Counted from the first letter of the stretch, positions 27,102-37,216 are shown. The stretch is 64,000 bases of DNA from Candidatus Eiseniibacteriota bacterium (GCA_963717935.1 CAVQXP010000004.1:384001-448000), one strand, 5' to 3'. Program-made: numbers and translations. Notes: a model not told the origin generated them from the sequence alone.

Positions 27102-29018
27102 TCACTCTCCCTCGGGCCGCCCGCCGGCCAGGACCATCTCCAGGTGCGCGAGGAAGGGCTCGGGCGGGATGAAGCCGAAGATCCGCGCGTCCTGCACCTC
27201 GGCCCCGCCACGCCCGAAGAACACGATCTCCGGCACGCCGGTCACCCCGTAGCGCGTCCGCAGCGTCCTGGAGCCGGGCGAGTCGTAGCGCGTCAGATCC
27301 ACCTTGAACACCGCGAAGTCGCGCGAGCGCTCGATCACCCTGCGGTCGGTGAAGGTCGAGCGGTCGAGTTCGTGGCAGGGAACGCACCAGTCGGCCGAGA
27401 ACTCGAGCATCACGGGCCGACCCGCCGCAAGCGCGGCCCGCATCGCCGCCTCGTCGTACGACTGGAAGCGGATGCCTTCGGCACGCAGCATCATCACGAC
27501 CGGGATGCTCGCCAGCACGGCGAGCGTTCCCAGCGCCCGCTTGAACACCCGGAAGCCGCGCTTCGCCGAGCCGTGCCGGTCCACGAAGCCCAGGTAGAGG
27601 CCGCCCAGGACCAGCGCCACCGGCAGGATCCACGCCGCGAGGCGCGGGGCCAGCCCGATGAGCGCGTAGTACAGGCCGATCGCGGCGAGCAGGATGCCGA
27701 AGAGCTTCTTCACCCACAGCATCCAGTCGCCCGAGCGTGGCAGGCTCTGGATGAGGTTCGAGAACAACGCCAGGAACAGGTACGGCAGGCCCAGGCCCAG
27801 CGACATCGCGAACATGGTCTGGAAGCCGAACAGCGCGTCGCCCCGCTGTGCCAGCAGGGCCAGCACCGCGACCACGAAGGGCCCCACGCAGGGCGCGGCG
27901 ATGATCCCGACCGCGAGCCCCGAGAGGAAGATGCCGAGCAGCGACGTCGCATCGGCCCCGCCCAGGCGCTGGAGCACCCACGTCGGCGGCTGCATCTCGT
28001 AGAGACCGAACATGGACAGCGACAGCACGATGAAGAGCAGGCCGAGCCCGACGTTCACCAGCGGGTTCTGCAGGGCCGAGCCGAACAGGCCGCCCGTCAG
28101 CGCCGCCACCACGCCGAGCACCGAGTAGGTGACGGCGATGCCCAGCACGTAGGCGACCGCGTGGGCGAGCACCTTCACGGGTCGCTCGCGGCGGCGCGCG
28201 CCGAAGACCGAGACCGTGATGCCGAGCATCGGGAACACGCAGGGCGTGAGGTTGAGCGCCAACCCGCCGAGGAAGAGTGCGAGGAACCACCAGAGGCCGC
28301 CCTTCTCGAGCGCGCCCAGCAGCCGGCGGCTGGCCTCCGACTGCACGCCGGCCGGCGCGCCGCCGTCTCCGCGCGCGGCCGTGTCCGCCTGCGTCACGCC
28401 GGCCGCGGGGTCCGCGGCGATGGCACCCGCCGTGTCGGAGGCCGCCGATTCCGTCGCGGGCGGCGGGGCGGCGCCGGGCGCGCCGCCGCCGGTCACGGTG
28501 ACCTCGAGCGTGAAGGGTACGCTCGCCGGGGCGAGGCAGACCTCGTCGTTGCACGACTGGAACCGCACGCTGCCCGCGAGCGCGTGGACACCGTTCGCAG
28601 CGGTCCGAGCGACCGCCAGTGCCACCTTCAGCGTGACCTGTCCGCTGTAGACCGAGAGCGGATTCTCGTCGAAGGCGAGCTCCACGGATTCACCGGCCGG
28701 GTACGTCGTCAGGCCCGGAGTCACGCCGGCGGTCCCGCGCAGCGTCACCGTGGTCGGGATGAGATAGTCGGGCGAGGGCGGGTTGGCATTGACGTGCCAT
28801 CCCCCGGCGATCTCGAGCGTGACGAGGGCCTCGGTCCGCGCGCCGGCGGCGAGGGTGAGCGGCGCGGCGGCCGCCTTCACCAGCGTCGCGGCCTGCGGTG
28901 GAGCGCCCCCCGGGGCCCCCTGCGCGCGGGCGGGCGATCCCCAGGCAAGCGCGAGGGCGAGCAGGGGCGCGGTCATCGTCCACTTCGTCCAGCGGCCCAG
29001 CGGCTTCTTCGACTTCAT
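27102..29018 (-). CDS. dsbD: thiol:disulfide interchange protein DsbD
   Basis: N-domain SCNDEVCL, TM LTPCVFP and APCVGP, thioredoxin WCVPC. Confidence 0.92.
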   Translation of the reverse strand: MKSKKPLGRWTKWTMTAPLLALALAWGSPARAQGAPGGAPPQAATLVKAAAAPLTLAAGARTEALVTLEIAGGWHVNANPPSPDYLIPTTVTLRGTAGVTPGLTTYPAGESVELAFDENPLSVYSGQVTLKVALAVARTAANGVHALAGSVRFQSCNDEVCLAPASVPFTLEVTVTGGGAPGAAPPPATESAASDTAGAIAADPAAGVTQADTAARGDGGAPAGVQSEASRRLLGALEKGGLWWFLALFLGGLALNLTPCVFPMLGITVSVFGARRRERPVKVLAHAVAYVLGIAVTYSVLGVVAALTGGLFGSALQNPLVNVGLGLLFIVLSLSMFGLYEMQPPTWVLQRLGGADATSLLGIFLSGLAVGIIAAPCVGPFVVAVLALLAQRGDALFGFQTMFAMSLGLGLPYLFLALFSNLIQSLPRSGDWMLWVKKLFGILLAAIGLYYALIGLAPRLAAWILPVALVLGGLYLGFVDRHGSAKRGFRVFKRALGTLAVLASIPVVMMLRAEGIRFQSYDEAAMRAALAAGRPVMLEFSADWCVPCHELDRSTFTDRRVIERSRDFAVFKVDLTRYDSPGSRTLRTRYGVTGVPEIVFFGRGGAEVQDARIFGFIPPEPFLAHLEMVLAGGRPEGE

Positions 29019-29321
29019 CGTCCCTCCAGCCTCGGGTCTACGAGCCTTCGTCCAGCAGCGCGGCGACCACCTGCGTCCGTCAGGGCGGACGGCAGGCATC
29101 GTCCACGCGCACGTGCGCGGCCGGCCGCCCTTCCTGCGGGGTGAGAGCCGCGGCGAAGGGCGCAAGATCCGCGAGCCGCCGACCACGCCCGGCCCGGGCG
29201 GTCCCCGCCGACCACCCACGATAGTACCCGAACACGCGTCCGCCGGGTGGAGGCTGGAGCAGCCAGGGACTTCTCTCGTGGACCGGGTGGCCGGGCCCAC
29301 GCGCGGCGCCCGGCAGCCGCC

Positions 29322-29879
29322 TCAGCGCCGCGCGGTCCGGAGCGCCTGCGAATCCCCGCTCCAGTGGTAGACCGCGAGCCCGGCCCACCAGGCGAAGGGC
29401 AACCCCGCCAGGACGAGGCCCGCGAACACGAACGGGTCGGAGAACGCGGAGAGTTCGAGCGCGAACCGCGGTGCGGCCCATCGCTGCATGAACGCCGCCA
29501 TGGCCGGGCTCGCCAGCGTCTGGAACGTGACGGCCGCGAAGCGCGCGAGTGTCGGGTACTGCCACAGCACGAGCGCGCCGAGCGCCAGCGAGAGCGCGGT
29601 GGCCGGCTCGGCCGCCGCGCGCACCCACCAGGGCAGCACCTCCGGCTCGATCCAGGTGAGCCGCCGCGCCAGCCGGGCGCGGGCCACGCGCTCCATCACC
29701 CGCGCGGTGAAGTCCGCCGGGGCCACGATGGCGGACCGCTCGAGCGCCGCGTCGAGCGCACGGGCGGCCGCCAGGACCGCGCCACAACGCGCGCAGGACA
29801 CCGCGTGCGCGTGTCCCGCCGCGCCCGCCGTCTCCCCCATGCCCTCGTTCAGCCAGCGCTCGAAACGCGCGCAGTCCAT
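29322..29879 (-). CDS. zinc-binding membrane anti-sigma factor
   Basis: MDC…HAVSCARC (HxxxCxxC), APADFTARVM, two TM helices; TGATG overlap with sigma gene. Confidence 0.82.
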   Translation of the reverse strand: MDCARFERWLNEGMGETAGAAGHAHAVSCARCGAVLAAARALDAALERSAIVAPADFTARVMERVARARLARRLTWIEPEVLPWWVRAAAEPATALSLALGALVLWQYPTLARFAAVTFQTLASPAMAAFMQRWAAPRFALELSAFSDPFVFAGLVLAGLPFAWWAGLAVYHWSGDSQALRTARR

Positions 29880-30454
29880 CACGGTCCTTCCTTCTGCCAG
29901 GCCGCCCGCAGTGCCGCGCGCGCGCGCGCCAGATGCGTCTTCACTGTGTTCTCCGGCATCCCCAGGATCGCAGCCGCCTGTTCCACCGACCGGTCCTCGT
30001 AGTAGTACAGCGTCACCGTCATCCGTTGCGCCGCGGGCAACCTCATCACCAGCCGCTCGAGGCGGCGCCCGCGGGTCGCGGTCTCGAGATCCCCCGGGGC
30101 CACCAGCGCCGGATCCGGCAGGCTCGCGGCCTCTTCCACCTCCACTTCGCGCCCGCGCCGCGCCTTCAGTTCGCTCAAGCGGTCCAGGGCCCGGCGCGCC
30201 ACGATGCGATGCAGCCAGGTCGCGAAGCTCGATTCGCCCCGGAAGCGCGCCAGCGCGAGCCACGCGCGCACGAACGCGTCCTGCGCCACTTCTTCCGCGT
30301 CCGCGGGTGAGCGCGTGATGCGCAGGGCGAGCCCGTAGGCCCGGTCCTGGTGCAGCACCACCAACTCGCGAAACGCGGCCTGATCGCCGCCCCGCGCGCG
30401 CTCGACCAGCGAGCGGATGAGCGCCTCCTGGGCGTCGGGCCGCACGGGGTCCAT
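29879..30454 (-). CDS. ECF RNA polymerase sigma factor (SigW-like)
   Basis: GDQAAF, AEEVAQDAF, FRGESSFATWL, ENTVKTHLARAR; start set at ATG 30454 because TTG 30493 lies in the -35 box. Confidence 0.92.
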   Translation of the reverse strand: MDPVRPDAQEALIRSLVERARGGDQAAFRELVVLHQDRAYGLALRITRSPADAEEVAQDAFVRAWLALARFRGESSFATWLHRIVARRALDRLSELKARRGREVEVEEAASLPDPALVAPGDLETATRGRRLERLVMRLPAAQRMTVTLYYYEDRSVEQAAAILGMPENTVKTHLARARAALRAAWQKEGP

Positions 30455-30460
30455 CGCCCC

Positions 30461-30492
30461 CTTGGACCGGTCCTGCGGGTCGTCCGGTTTCA
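30461..30492 (-). promoter_or_regulatory. ECF promoter for sigma/anti-sigma operon
   Basis: TGAAAC-N17-CGGTCCAAG ending 6 nt before ATG 30454. Confidence 0.75.
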
Positions 30493-30524
30493 AGTTCCTG
30501 GCAGCCCTCCGGGGAACGTTTTCC

Positions 30525-30556
30525 TGAAACCCGCCGGCCGGGAAGCCCGGTCCAAG
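30525..30556 (+). promoter_or_regulatory. ECF promoter for DUF6249-like pair
   Basis: TGAAAC-N17-CGGTCCAAG, identical boxes and spacing to the divergent copy. Confidence 0.75.
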
Positions 30557-30631
30557 CCGGTGGAGCGAGGAACCCGGGCCGGATCACCCCGGCCACGGGC
30601 CATCTTAGACCAGAACGGAGGTCAACAGACC

Positions 30632-31069
30632 ATGTTCGCATTCCAGGGGTTCGGACCCGATGTCTTCGTGCCGTTCCTGGTGTTCTCCATCCCCATCATC
30701 GCCATCGTCGGCGGCATCACCGCGGGGATCGTGAAGACCATCAGCCGTCACCGGCTCGTCGAGTTGGCCCAGCGCGAGCGCATCGCCATGATCGAGCACG
30801 GCCTGGATCCCTCGAAGCTCCCGCCCCTGCCGCTGAGCGAGATCGCCGACGCCACGCCCCTCATGTCGCAGGCGGACGCCGCGCGGCATCGCTCCCAGGG
30901 CCTGATGATCGGCGGGCTGGTGACGCTGGCCGTGGGGATCTCGCTGGGCGTGCTCCTCTACAACGTCGCGGGCGAGCCGGGGGTCTGGTCCGTGGGGCTC
31001 ATCCCGGCCGCCATCGGCGTCGCCCTGATCCTGAGCGCCTTCCTCGTGCGGCCGAAGAACGGCAGCTAG
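30632..31069 (+). CDS. DUF6249-like membrane protein, paralogue 1
   Basis: TM-…RERIAMIEHGLDP…GLMIGGLVTLAVG…GLIPAAIGVALI. Confidence 0.78.
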   Translation: MFAFQGFGPDVFVPFLVFSIPIIAIVGGITAGIVKTISRHRLVELAQRERIAMIEHGLDPSKLPPLPLSEIADATPLMSQADAARHRSQGLMIGGLVTLAVGISLGVLLYNVAGEPGVWSVGLIPAAIGVALILSAFLVRPKNGS

Positions 31070-31078
31070 GGGACGGCC

Positions 31079-31540
31079 ATGGTCCTCTTCGACGAAGACG
31101 TCTTCGTGCCCTTCCTGGTGTTCGCGGTCCCGATCATCGCCGTCGCCGGCGGCATCCTGGCGGGCATCATCAAGACCATCAGCCGACACCACCTCATGGA
31201 GGTGGCCGTGCGCGAGCGCATGGCGCTCCTCGCGCGGGGCGTGGATCCGGCGCGGATCCCGTCGCTGTCGGCCGGCGCGGCCCACGGGCTCTTCCCGGCT
31301 CTCTCGTTCACCGATCTCTCGCGGTTCCGCGCGCAGGGGCTCTTCATCGGTGGCCTCGTGACGCTCCTGGGCGGGATCGCCTTCGGCGTGTTCCTGGGCC
31401 TGACCGAGTCGTGGGAGTCGCGCGAGTGGACTCTCGCGCTGGTGCCCGTCGCCATCGGCATCGCCCTGCTCGTCAGCGGCCTGATCGTGCGGGCGCAGGG
31501 CGGGGACGGGGTCGCGAGCACTCCCTCGCGGGTGACGTAG
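31079..31540 (+). CDS. DUF6249-like membrane protein, paralogue 2
   Basis: Shares DVFVPFLVF, KTISRH, RER…G.DP, QGL.IGGLVTL with the upstream gene. Confidence 0.78.
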   Translation: MVLFDEDVFVPFLVFAVPIIAVAGGILAGIIKTISRHHLMEVAVRERMALLARGVDPARIPSLSAGAAHGLFPALSFTDLSRFRAQGLFIGGLVTLLGGIAFGVFLGLTESWESREWTLALVPVAIGIALLVSGLIVRAQGGDGVASTPSRVT

Positions 31541-31584
31541 GGCGCTGCGGGAGACGTTCGCCGCGCCACGACGACGCTCAAATC

Positions 31585-31611
31585 GAAGGGCCCCCGGCGG
31601 GGGGCCCTTTC
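31585..31611. terminator. probable bidirectional intrinsic terminator
   Basis: AAGGGCCCCC-ggcg-GGGGGCCCTT stem between convergent genes. Confidence 0.7.
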
Positions 31612-31654
31612 GCGTCCGGAGCCAGGACTCGCCCCGGGAACCGCGCCGGTCAGG

Positions 31655-32773
31655 CTAGAAGCTGAAGGCCTGGCACTGGACGGTGAACAGCTTGTGGTCG
31701 TCGCTGCCGTCCTTCTTCATCAGGGTGTAGCCGGCCTTGACGTTGGACTTGTGGCCGTCCAGCCAGTAGGCCAGGCCGAACTGGAGCGCCCGCTCGTCCT
31801 GTCCGTGCGCGTCCTCGTCGAACATCCTGCCCGACACCTGGACGAAGGGCGTGACCCGCTGGGCGATGAACGTGAGCCCGGCCTCGATCATGTACGTGTC
31901 CTGCTTGTACAGGGCCGAGCCCAGGAAGTCCCCGCCGTCGTACGTGGCGTAGTTGCCCTGCAGCGTCACCGCCGGGCCACCCGCGAGCGGGTAGTCCAGG
32001 CAGGCGTCGCCGAAGTAGGCGCGATAGTCCCGCTGCGCGTCCGCGCCCAGGCCCACCGTGAAGGCCTTCCTCTTGCCCAGGGAGGTGCCGCCGTAGAAGA
32101 GCGCGTTCGCGGCCTCGAACGGCGTGAACGAGAGACGGCCGGCCATGCGGAAGGAGTTCTGCGCGAGGACCCCTCTCACGCCCTGCAGCAGGGCGGCGCG
32201 ATACTCGAGGTGCTTGTCCCCCAGGATGCCGCGCGCCTGCATGCCCACGTCACGCCCGATCTTGGCCTTGAGCGGCGAGGACTCGATGAAGGTGAAGGGA
32301 CCGTAGTCCAGCGCCAGCAGCGAGGCCGCGCTCTGCAGGTGGTTGTAGGCGGCCGGGGTGAGCAGGAGGCCGAAGTCCAGCAGGAGGGCGTCCTTCACCG
32401 CCCAGGTCGCCATGAAGTCCTGCAGGTAGACGTCCGGCTCCGCCTTGAGGCCCGCGGCGTCCGCCTTGCCCCAGTTGGGGGCGTCGGTCTCGGCGAAGAA
32501 GCTCAGGCGGTCGTTGATCTTGCCGCCCCAGAGCAGGCGGATGCGGCGCAGGTACAGGTTCTGGGAGGTGGTGGCATCGGAATCCGTGCCGATCGTCTCC
32601 CACTCGGCCCTCCCTTGGAGCAGGTAGCCCAGCTTCAGGCTGGACTGCCCGTCCGGAGACGTGATCTGCCACTGCGCAAGGGCCGGAGCGGCCAGGACGA
32701 CCGACAGGACGAGAGCGATGAAGCCGGCGCCTACACCGTACGTCGCGAGGCCGCGATTTGGACCACGGGGCAC
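31655..32773 (-). CDS. outer-membrane porin (OprO/OprP-like family)
   Basis: AAGGAGG RBS + GTG; signal …PALA-Q; LYLRRIRL, YLQDF, GRDVG; C-terminal F. Confidence 0.78.
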   Translation of the reverse strand: MPRGPNRGLATYGVGAGFIALVLSVVLAAPALAQWQITSPDGQSSLKLGYLLQGRAEWETIGTDSDATTSQNLYLRRIRLLWGGKINDRLSFFAETDAPNWGKADAAGLKAEPDVYLQDFMATWAVKDALLLDFGLLLTPAAYNHLQSAASLLALDYGPFTFIESSPLKAKIGRDVGMQARGILGDKHLEYRAALLQGVRGVLAQNSFRMAGRLSFTPFEAANALFYGGTSLGKRKAFTVGLGADAQRDYRAYFGDACLDYPLAGGPAVTLQGNYATYDGGDFLGSALYKQDTYMIEAGLTFIAQRVTPFVQVSGRMFDEDAHGQDERALQFGLAYWLDGHKSNVKAGYTLMKKDGSDDHKLFTVQCQAFSF

Positions 32774-32959
32774 TTCGACCTCCTTGAGCCAGTCGGCTCC
32801 TTGGTGGACCTCCCGGTTGACCGAGGGTGAACGTGAGAACGACATCGGCGGCCGGAATACCCCGCCCCAGGCAACGGGCCCCCCGCCGGGTCGAGCGGCT
32901 GCCCGGGCGGGGACGCGGGATGGCGGACACCCCCCGCGCGAGCAGCGCCGCGACTCCCC

Positions 32960-35860
32960 TTACACCGTCCGGCTCTCCGCCGCCTTCAACTCCAGCCACT
33001 GCACCCCCGCGGCCCACACGTCGGGGTCGAGGTTCGCGAGGCGCTCGTGGCGGTGTCGATGACAGGTCATCACGATGACCTGGTGGTCGCGCGCGAGGGT
33101 CCCGGCCAGCACGCGCATGCCGGCTCGCGCGCGTTCGTCGTCGCTGTTCGCGAAGACGTCGTCGAGCAGCAGCGGCAGCGGATTTCCGGGCTTCGAGAGG
33201 AACTCGCTGATCGCCAGCCGCACGGCCAGGTGAAGCTGGTCGCGTGCGCCGGTCGAGAGCTGGAGCAGCGCCTTGCCACGGGCCGACTGCTGGCCATCGC
33301 TCAACCGCAGCGAGAAGTCGAGATCCTCGCCGAAGCGCACCTGGTCCACCTGGGCGCCCATCGCGGCGAGCAGCTCGCCCACGCGCCGGTTGAGGAAGTC
33401 GGCCCAGCGCCGGTGGGTTTCGAGTGCCACCGCCTGGATCGTGGTCGCGGCCAGCTCCACGGAACGCTTGAAGCGCCGCGCCCGCTCCAGCGCCTGCTCG
33501 ATGCGCGCCTGCTCGGCCAGCAACTCGGGCTCGCGCGCGGCGGCCCGCCGCACCACTTCGTCCACCTGCTGGCGCAGATCGCCGCGCTTGCGCTGCACCA
33601 GCTCGATGATCTCGCGCTGGCTGCGCACCTCGCGGTCCAGGTCGAGCGCGGGGCGCGGCGCCCCTGCCGCCCCGGAGTCGAGCGGTCCGCCCGCCTCGGC
33701 CTCGAGCGCGGTCAACTGCGACTCGAGTTCCGAGACCTCGGCGGTGTCGCCGGTCCGCTGCTCGGCCTGCGGGATCAGCTCGTCGGTGAGCAGCGCCAGG
33801 CGCGCGCGCAGCCGCGAGCGCTCGGCCAGATCCCTCACGTGCTCGCTCCACGGCAACCCGGGGTCGTACGAGAGCCCCGCGAGCTGCAGGATGCGCATCG
33901 CCCGCTCGTGCAGCCCCGCCACGGTCGCCTCGTCGAGGCGCTTCTCCTCGTCCACCCACGACCAGCTCTTCTCGAGCTCGGCCAGGCTCTGCCGCACCGC
34001 CGCCATGTGCCGGATGCCAGCCGCCACGCTGTCGAGGTGGGCCGGATCCGGCGGGCCGCCACCCGCGCGGTCGAGGCGCTCGCGCACCTCGGCCAGGACC
34101 TCGAAACGGCGGGTCTCGAGCGTCTCCACCTGATCCTGCGTGCGCTGGACCGGGTTCGACTCGTCCTGCATGCGCTGGTACTCGTTCCAGTCGCGCATCA
34201 GCTCGACCGCGTCGCGGCAGCCCAGCGTGCCTGCCAGTTCCTCGAGCCCGACCTCGGCCTCGGCTCGCTGGGTCCGGAGCGAGTTGATCCGCCGCTGCGC
34301 CTCGGTCAGCTGGCGCAGGGTCCGCTCGCGCTCGCCGCGCCGCGCGCCCTCGGCGAGCGCGACCAGCACCACGCCGAGCAGGCCGAGCAGCAGGCCACCC
34401 CCGAGCAGCGTCAGGCCCATGCGCAGGTCGCCCCGGACGCCGAACAGCACGCTGCCGGCGATCGCCGCCCCCACGCCGAGCGCCGCGAGGAACCAGCCCG
34501 GCAGCTTGCGCCCGGCTCGGTGCGCGTCGATCTGGCGCAGGGTCTCGGTGTTCCCGGTGCGTGTCTGCTCGAGATCGGCGACCTCGGTCTGGAAGGCGAG
34601 CGCCAGAGCGGCCTGCCCACCGAGCAGCGACTGCTGCTCCTCCGTCAGCGAGCCGAAGCGCGCGGCCAGGGTCTCGACACGCGTGGGCTCGTAGCCCCGC
34701 TGGCCGAGCGAATCGCGCAGGCCGGCGACCTCCCCGCGCAGCCGCTCCTCGTCCTCTGCCAGCCGGCGCAGTTCCGCCGCCAGCGCCACCAGACGGTCGG
34801 CGTCCTCGGTCGAGCAGCCCTCGTAAGCCTTGAGGCTCTCGAGCGTCGTCTCCAACTCCCCCCGCCGCCGGCTCTGCTCCTCCTGACGCCGCGCGTCGCG
34901 TGCGGCCAGATTCTTCAGGGCCTCCTCGTGCTTCACGATGGTCTCGCGCAGGTCGGCCTCGGCGTTGGCCGGCAGGTGCCCGTACGGCGCGAGCGTCTCG
35001 GCCTCGGCCTGCAGCTGCGCGAGCGCTTCGCGACGCCCGCGATGCTCCTCCAGCCGGCGTACGAGGTCGCCCACCACGGTGGCGCGCCGCTCGGCATCGA
35101 GCCGCGCGATCGCTTCACGCGCAGCCTGTTCCTCGGCTCCGAGCCGCGCGAGCTCCTCGAGCGGACCGGCGACCTGCAGACGGTCGTGTTCGAGCGTCTT
35201 GAGCTCGCTCGCAAGGGTCTCGCGCTTGAGCTCCAGGCGCGAGATGGCGTTCTCCACCGTGCCGGTGAAGTCCACCTCGTCGGTGTTGTACTTGCGCAGC
35301 GCGCCCTGCAGCACCTGCAGCGCCTCCACCGCGTTCGTGTCGCCCCCGCGCGTGTCGGCGGCGCTCTCGAGCCGCGCCTGCAGCGTGCCGCCGCGCCGCG
35401 CCTTCTCGTCGCCGGGAACCACCTGGTCGAGTTCACCCTGCCGCACCAGCGCGCACTTCTCGAACTCGTCGGCGTCGAGGCCGAGGAGCTTCTTCCCCAC
35501 CGGGAAGCTCTCCTTGCCCTCGCGGAACGAGGCCGTGACCTCCAGGCCGCGGTCGTCCCAGACCTCGACCGTTCCGCGTTCGAAGTCGCGTTTCACCGTG
35601 TAGACGTCGCCCTCGCACTCGAGTTCCAGTTCGACGCGGTAGGAGCCGCCGTCCCACGGGCGCCAGCGGTCCACCGGCGTGATCACCTTGTGGCTGCGGC
35701 GGTCGCCCTCGAGCCCGTAGAGCGCGGCCGAGATGGCGGCCAGCAGGCTCGACTTGCCGGTCTCGTTGCGGTCCACGACCAGCGTGACGCGGCTGCGGTT
35801 GAAATGGTACTCGCCACGCAGCGGTCCGAAGCCGTCCACCCGGAGTCTCAGGAGCCTCAT
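32960..35860 (-). CDS. Rad50/SbcC-like AAA ATPase, YhaN family, with internal TM hairpin
   Basis: MRLLRLRVDGFG, NETGKSS, long coiled coil, LSTGARDQ signature, LLLDD Walker B, MTCH. Confidence 0.88.
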   Translation of the reverse strand: MRLLRLRVDGFGPLRGEYHFNRSRVTLVVDRNETGKSSLLAAISAALYGLEGDRRSHKVITPVDRWRPWDGGSYRVELELECEGDVYTVKRDFERGTVEVWDDRGLEVTASFREGKESFPVGKKLLGLDADEFEKCALVRQGELDQVVPGDEKARRGGTLQARLESAADTRGGDTNAVEALQVLQGALRKYNTDEVDFTGTVENAISRLELKRETLASELKTLEHDRLQVAGPLEELARLGAEEQAAREAIARLDAERRATVVGDLVRRLEEHRGRREALAQLQAEAETLAPYGHLPANAEADLRETIVKHEEALKNLAARDARRQEEQSRRRGELETTLESLKAYEGCSTEDADRLVALAAELRRLAEDEERLRGEVAGLRDSLGQRGYEPTRVETLAARFGSLTEEQQSLLGGQAALALAFQTEVADLEQTRTGNTETLRQIDAHRAGRKLPGWFLAALGVGAAIAGSVLFGVRGDLRMGLTLLGGGLLLGLLGVVLVALAEGARRGERERTLRQLTEAQRRINSLRTQRAEAEVGLEELAGTLGCRDAVELMRDWNEYQRMQDESNPVQRTQDQVETLETRRFEVLAEVRERLDRAGGGPPDPAHLDSVAAGIRHMAAVRQSLAELEKSWSWVDEEKRLDEATVAGLHERAMRILQLAGLSYDPGLPWSEHVRDLAERSRLRARLALLTDELIPQAEQRTGDTAEVSELESQLTALEAEAGGPLDSGAAGAPRPALDLDREVRSQREIIELVQRKRGDLRQQVDEVVRRAAAREPELLAEQARIEQALERARRFKRSVELAATTIQAVALETHRRWADFLNRRVGELLAAMGAQVDQVRFGEDLDFSLRLSDGQQSARGKALLQLSTGARDQLHLAVRLAISEFLSKPGNPLPLLLDDVFANSDDERARAGMRVLAGTLARDHQVIVMTCHRHRHERLANLDPDVWAAGVQWLELKAAESRTV

Positions 35861-37077
35861 GCGCCGAGCTCCTCGTAGGCGGGCACGACCTCGTGCAGAC
35901 GGAATGCGTCGAGCCCGTAGAACAGGGCACCCTCCAGGTCCGCGCGGCGCGCGGGGTCGGTCTCGGAGTCGAGCTGCTCGAGCAGCGCGCGTGCGAAGCG
36001 GTCCTCGGTGGTGACCGGGTCGAGCGCGCGCAGCGCCGCGAGGTCGTAGTCGGGACGCAGGGCGCGCGAATCGAGGCGCAGATGGAAGGCGCGCGGCCGC
36101 AGCTCCGGCCCGGGCACCGTGTAGCGCACACCGCGCGCGAGCCGGCCGGCAAGGCGCACCACCACGAGGTCCGCATCGCCGGTACCGGCCTGGTCGAGCG
36201 CGCGCAGCACGCGGTGGTCCACCTGCTCGGCGGAGGTGGCACCCGTCACCTCCACCCTGACATCGTAGACGCGCCGCCGGTCCAGCTCGATGAACTCGAG
36301 CTCGGCGCGGACCGGCCCCGCGCCCGTGGTGAGGCGGACCTCGTACGCCCCGTGCCGGCCCAGTTCGCTCACATCCAGCGAGATCGCGGCACCCGCGTTC
36401 GCGAGCCGCGCGCTGCCGTCGGATTCGAGACTCCCCGGCGTATGGATGTGGCCCACCGCGAGGTAGTCGAAGGGCGAGGCCAGCACTTCGGCATCGGAGA
36501 AGGGCGCCACCGGCTTCTGGCCGGGCGGGAGGAATCCCTCGCGCGAACCGTGGAAGACCGCGACGTTCGCTCCCTCGGCCCCCGCGGCGGCCAGCGGCAG
36601 GAGCGCCTCGCGCGCGAGCGGTCGCGCTGCCGACTCCACGCCCTGGATCGAGCAGCGGCCCCAGATGCGGACCGCGTCGACGCCCGAAAGCGGCACCGCC
36701 GTCCACTCGGGTGAGTCGAAGACATGCACGTGCGCCGGCCAGGCGAAGCCGCGCGCCTTGAGCAGCGCCGGGTTCCAGTACGGACTCGTGGTCGAGCAGG
36801 GATCGTGGTTGCCGGGCGCGATGAAGACCGGCGGGCAGCCGTTCACGCCGAAGGCGTGCACCGCGAAGGCGAGCGTGTCGGCGTCCACGTAGTCGAGGTC
36901 GAACAGGTCGCCCGGCACGAGGATGGCGTGCGCGCCACGCTCGATCGCCTGGCGCACGGACAGGTCGAGCGCGCGGCGTTGGTCGCTGCGCCGGTCGGCG
37001 CGCTTGTCCGGGGGCAGCCAGCCGAAGGGACGACCGAGATGAAGATCGGAGACCTGCAGGAAGCGGATCACGGTCAT
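35857..37077 (-). CDS. Mre11/SbcD-like metallophosphoesterase nuclease (YhaO family)
   Basis: SDLHLG, PGDLFD, PGNHD, VFHGS, YLAVGHIH; ATGA overlap with the ATPase. Confidence 0.9.
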   Translation of the reverse strand: MTVIRFLQVSDLHLGRPFGWLPPDKRADRRSDQRRALDLSVRQAIERGAHAILVPGDLFDLDYVDADTLAFAVHAFGVNGCPPVFIAPGNHDPCSTTSPYWNPALLKARGFAWPAHVHVFDSPEWTAVPLSGVDAVRIWGRCSIQGVESAARPLAREALLPLAAAGAEGANVAVFHGSREGFLPPGQKPVAPFSDAEVLASPFDYLAVGHIHTPGSLESDGSARLANAGAAISLDVSELGRHGAYEVRLTTGAGPVRAELEFIELDRRRVYDVRVEVTGATSAEQVDHRVLRALDQAGTGDADLVVVRLAGRLARGVRYTVPGPELRPRAFHLRLDSRALRPDYDLAALRALDPVTTEDRFARALLEQLDSETDPARRADLEGALFYGLDAFRLHEVVPAYEELGA

Positions 37078-37216
37078 GCGCTGGGGACTCCTTCCCGTGG
37101 CGCGTCGAGGATGAACCCGGGACTGCAGCACCGGCACCGGGCGTGGCCAACCTATCAGGAAGGATGCGGCCGGGCAATGAGTTGGATGCGCGCCGGACGC
37201 CGGGCCCGCACGCGAC

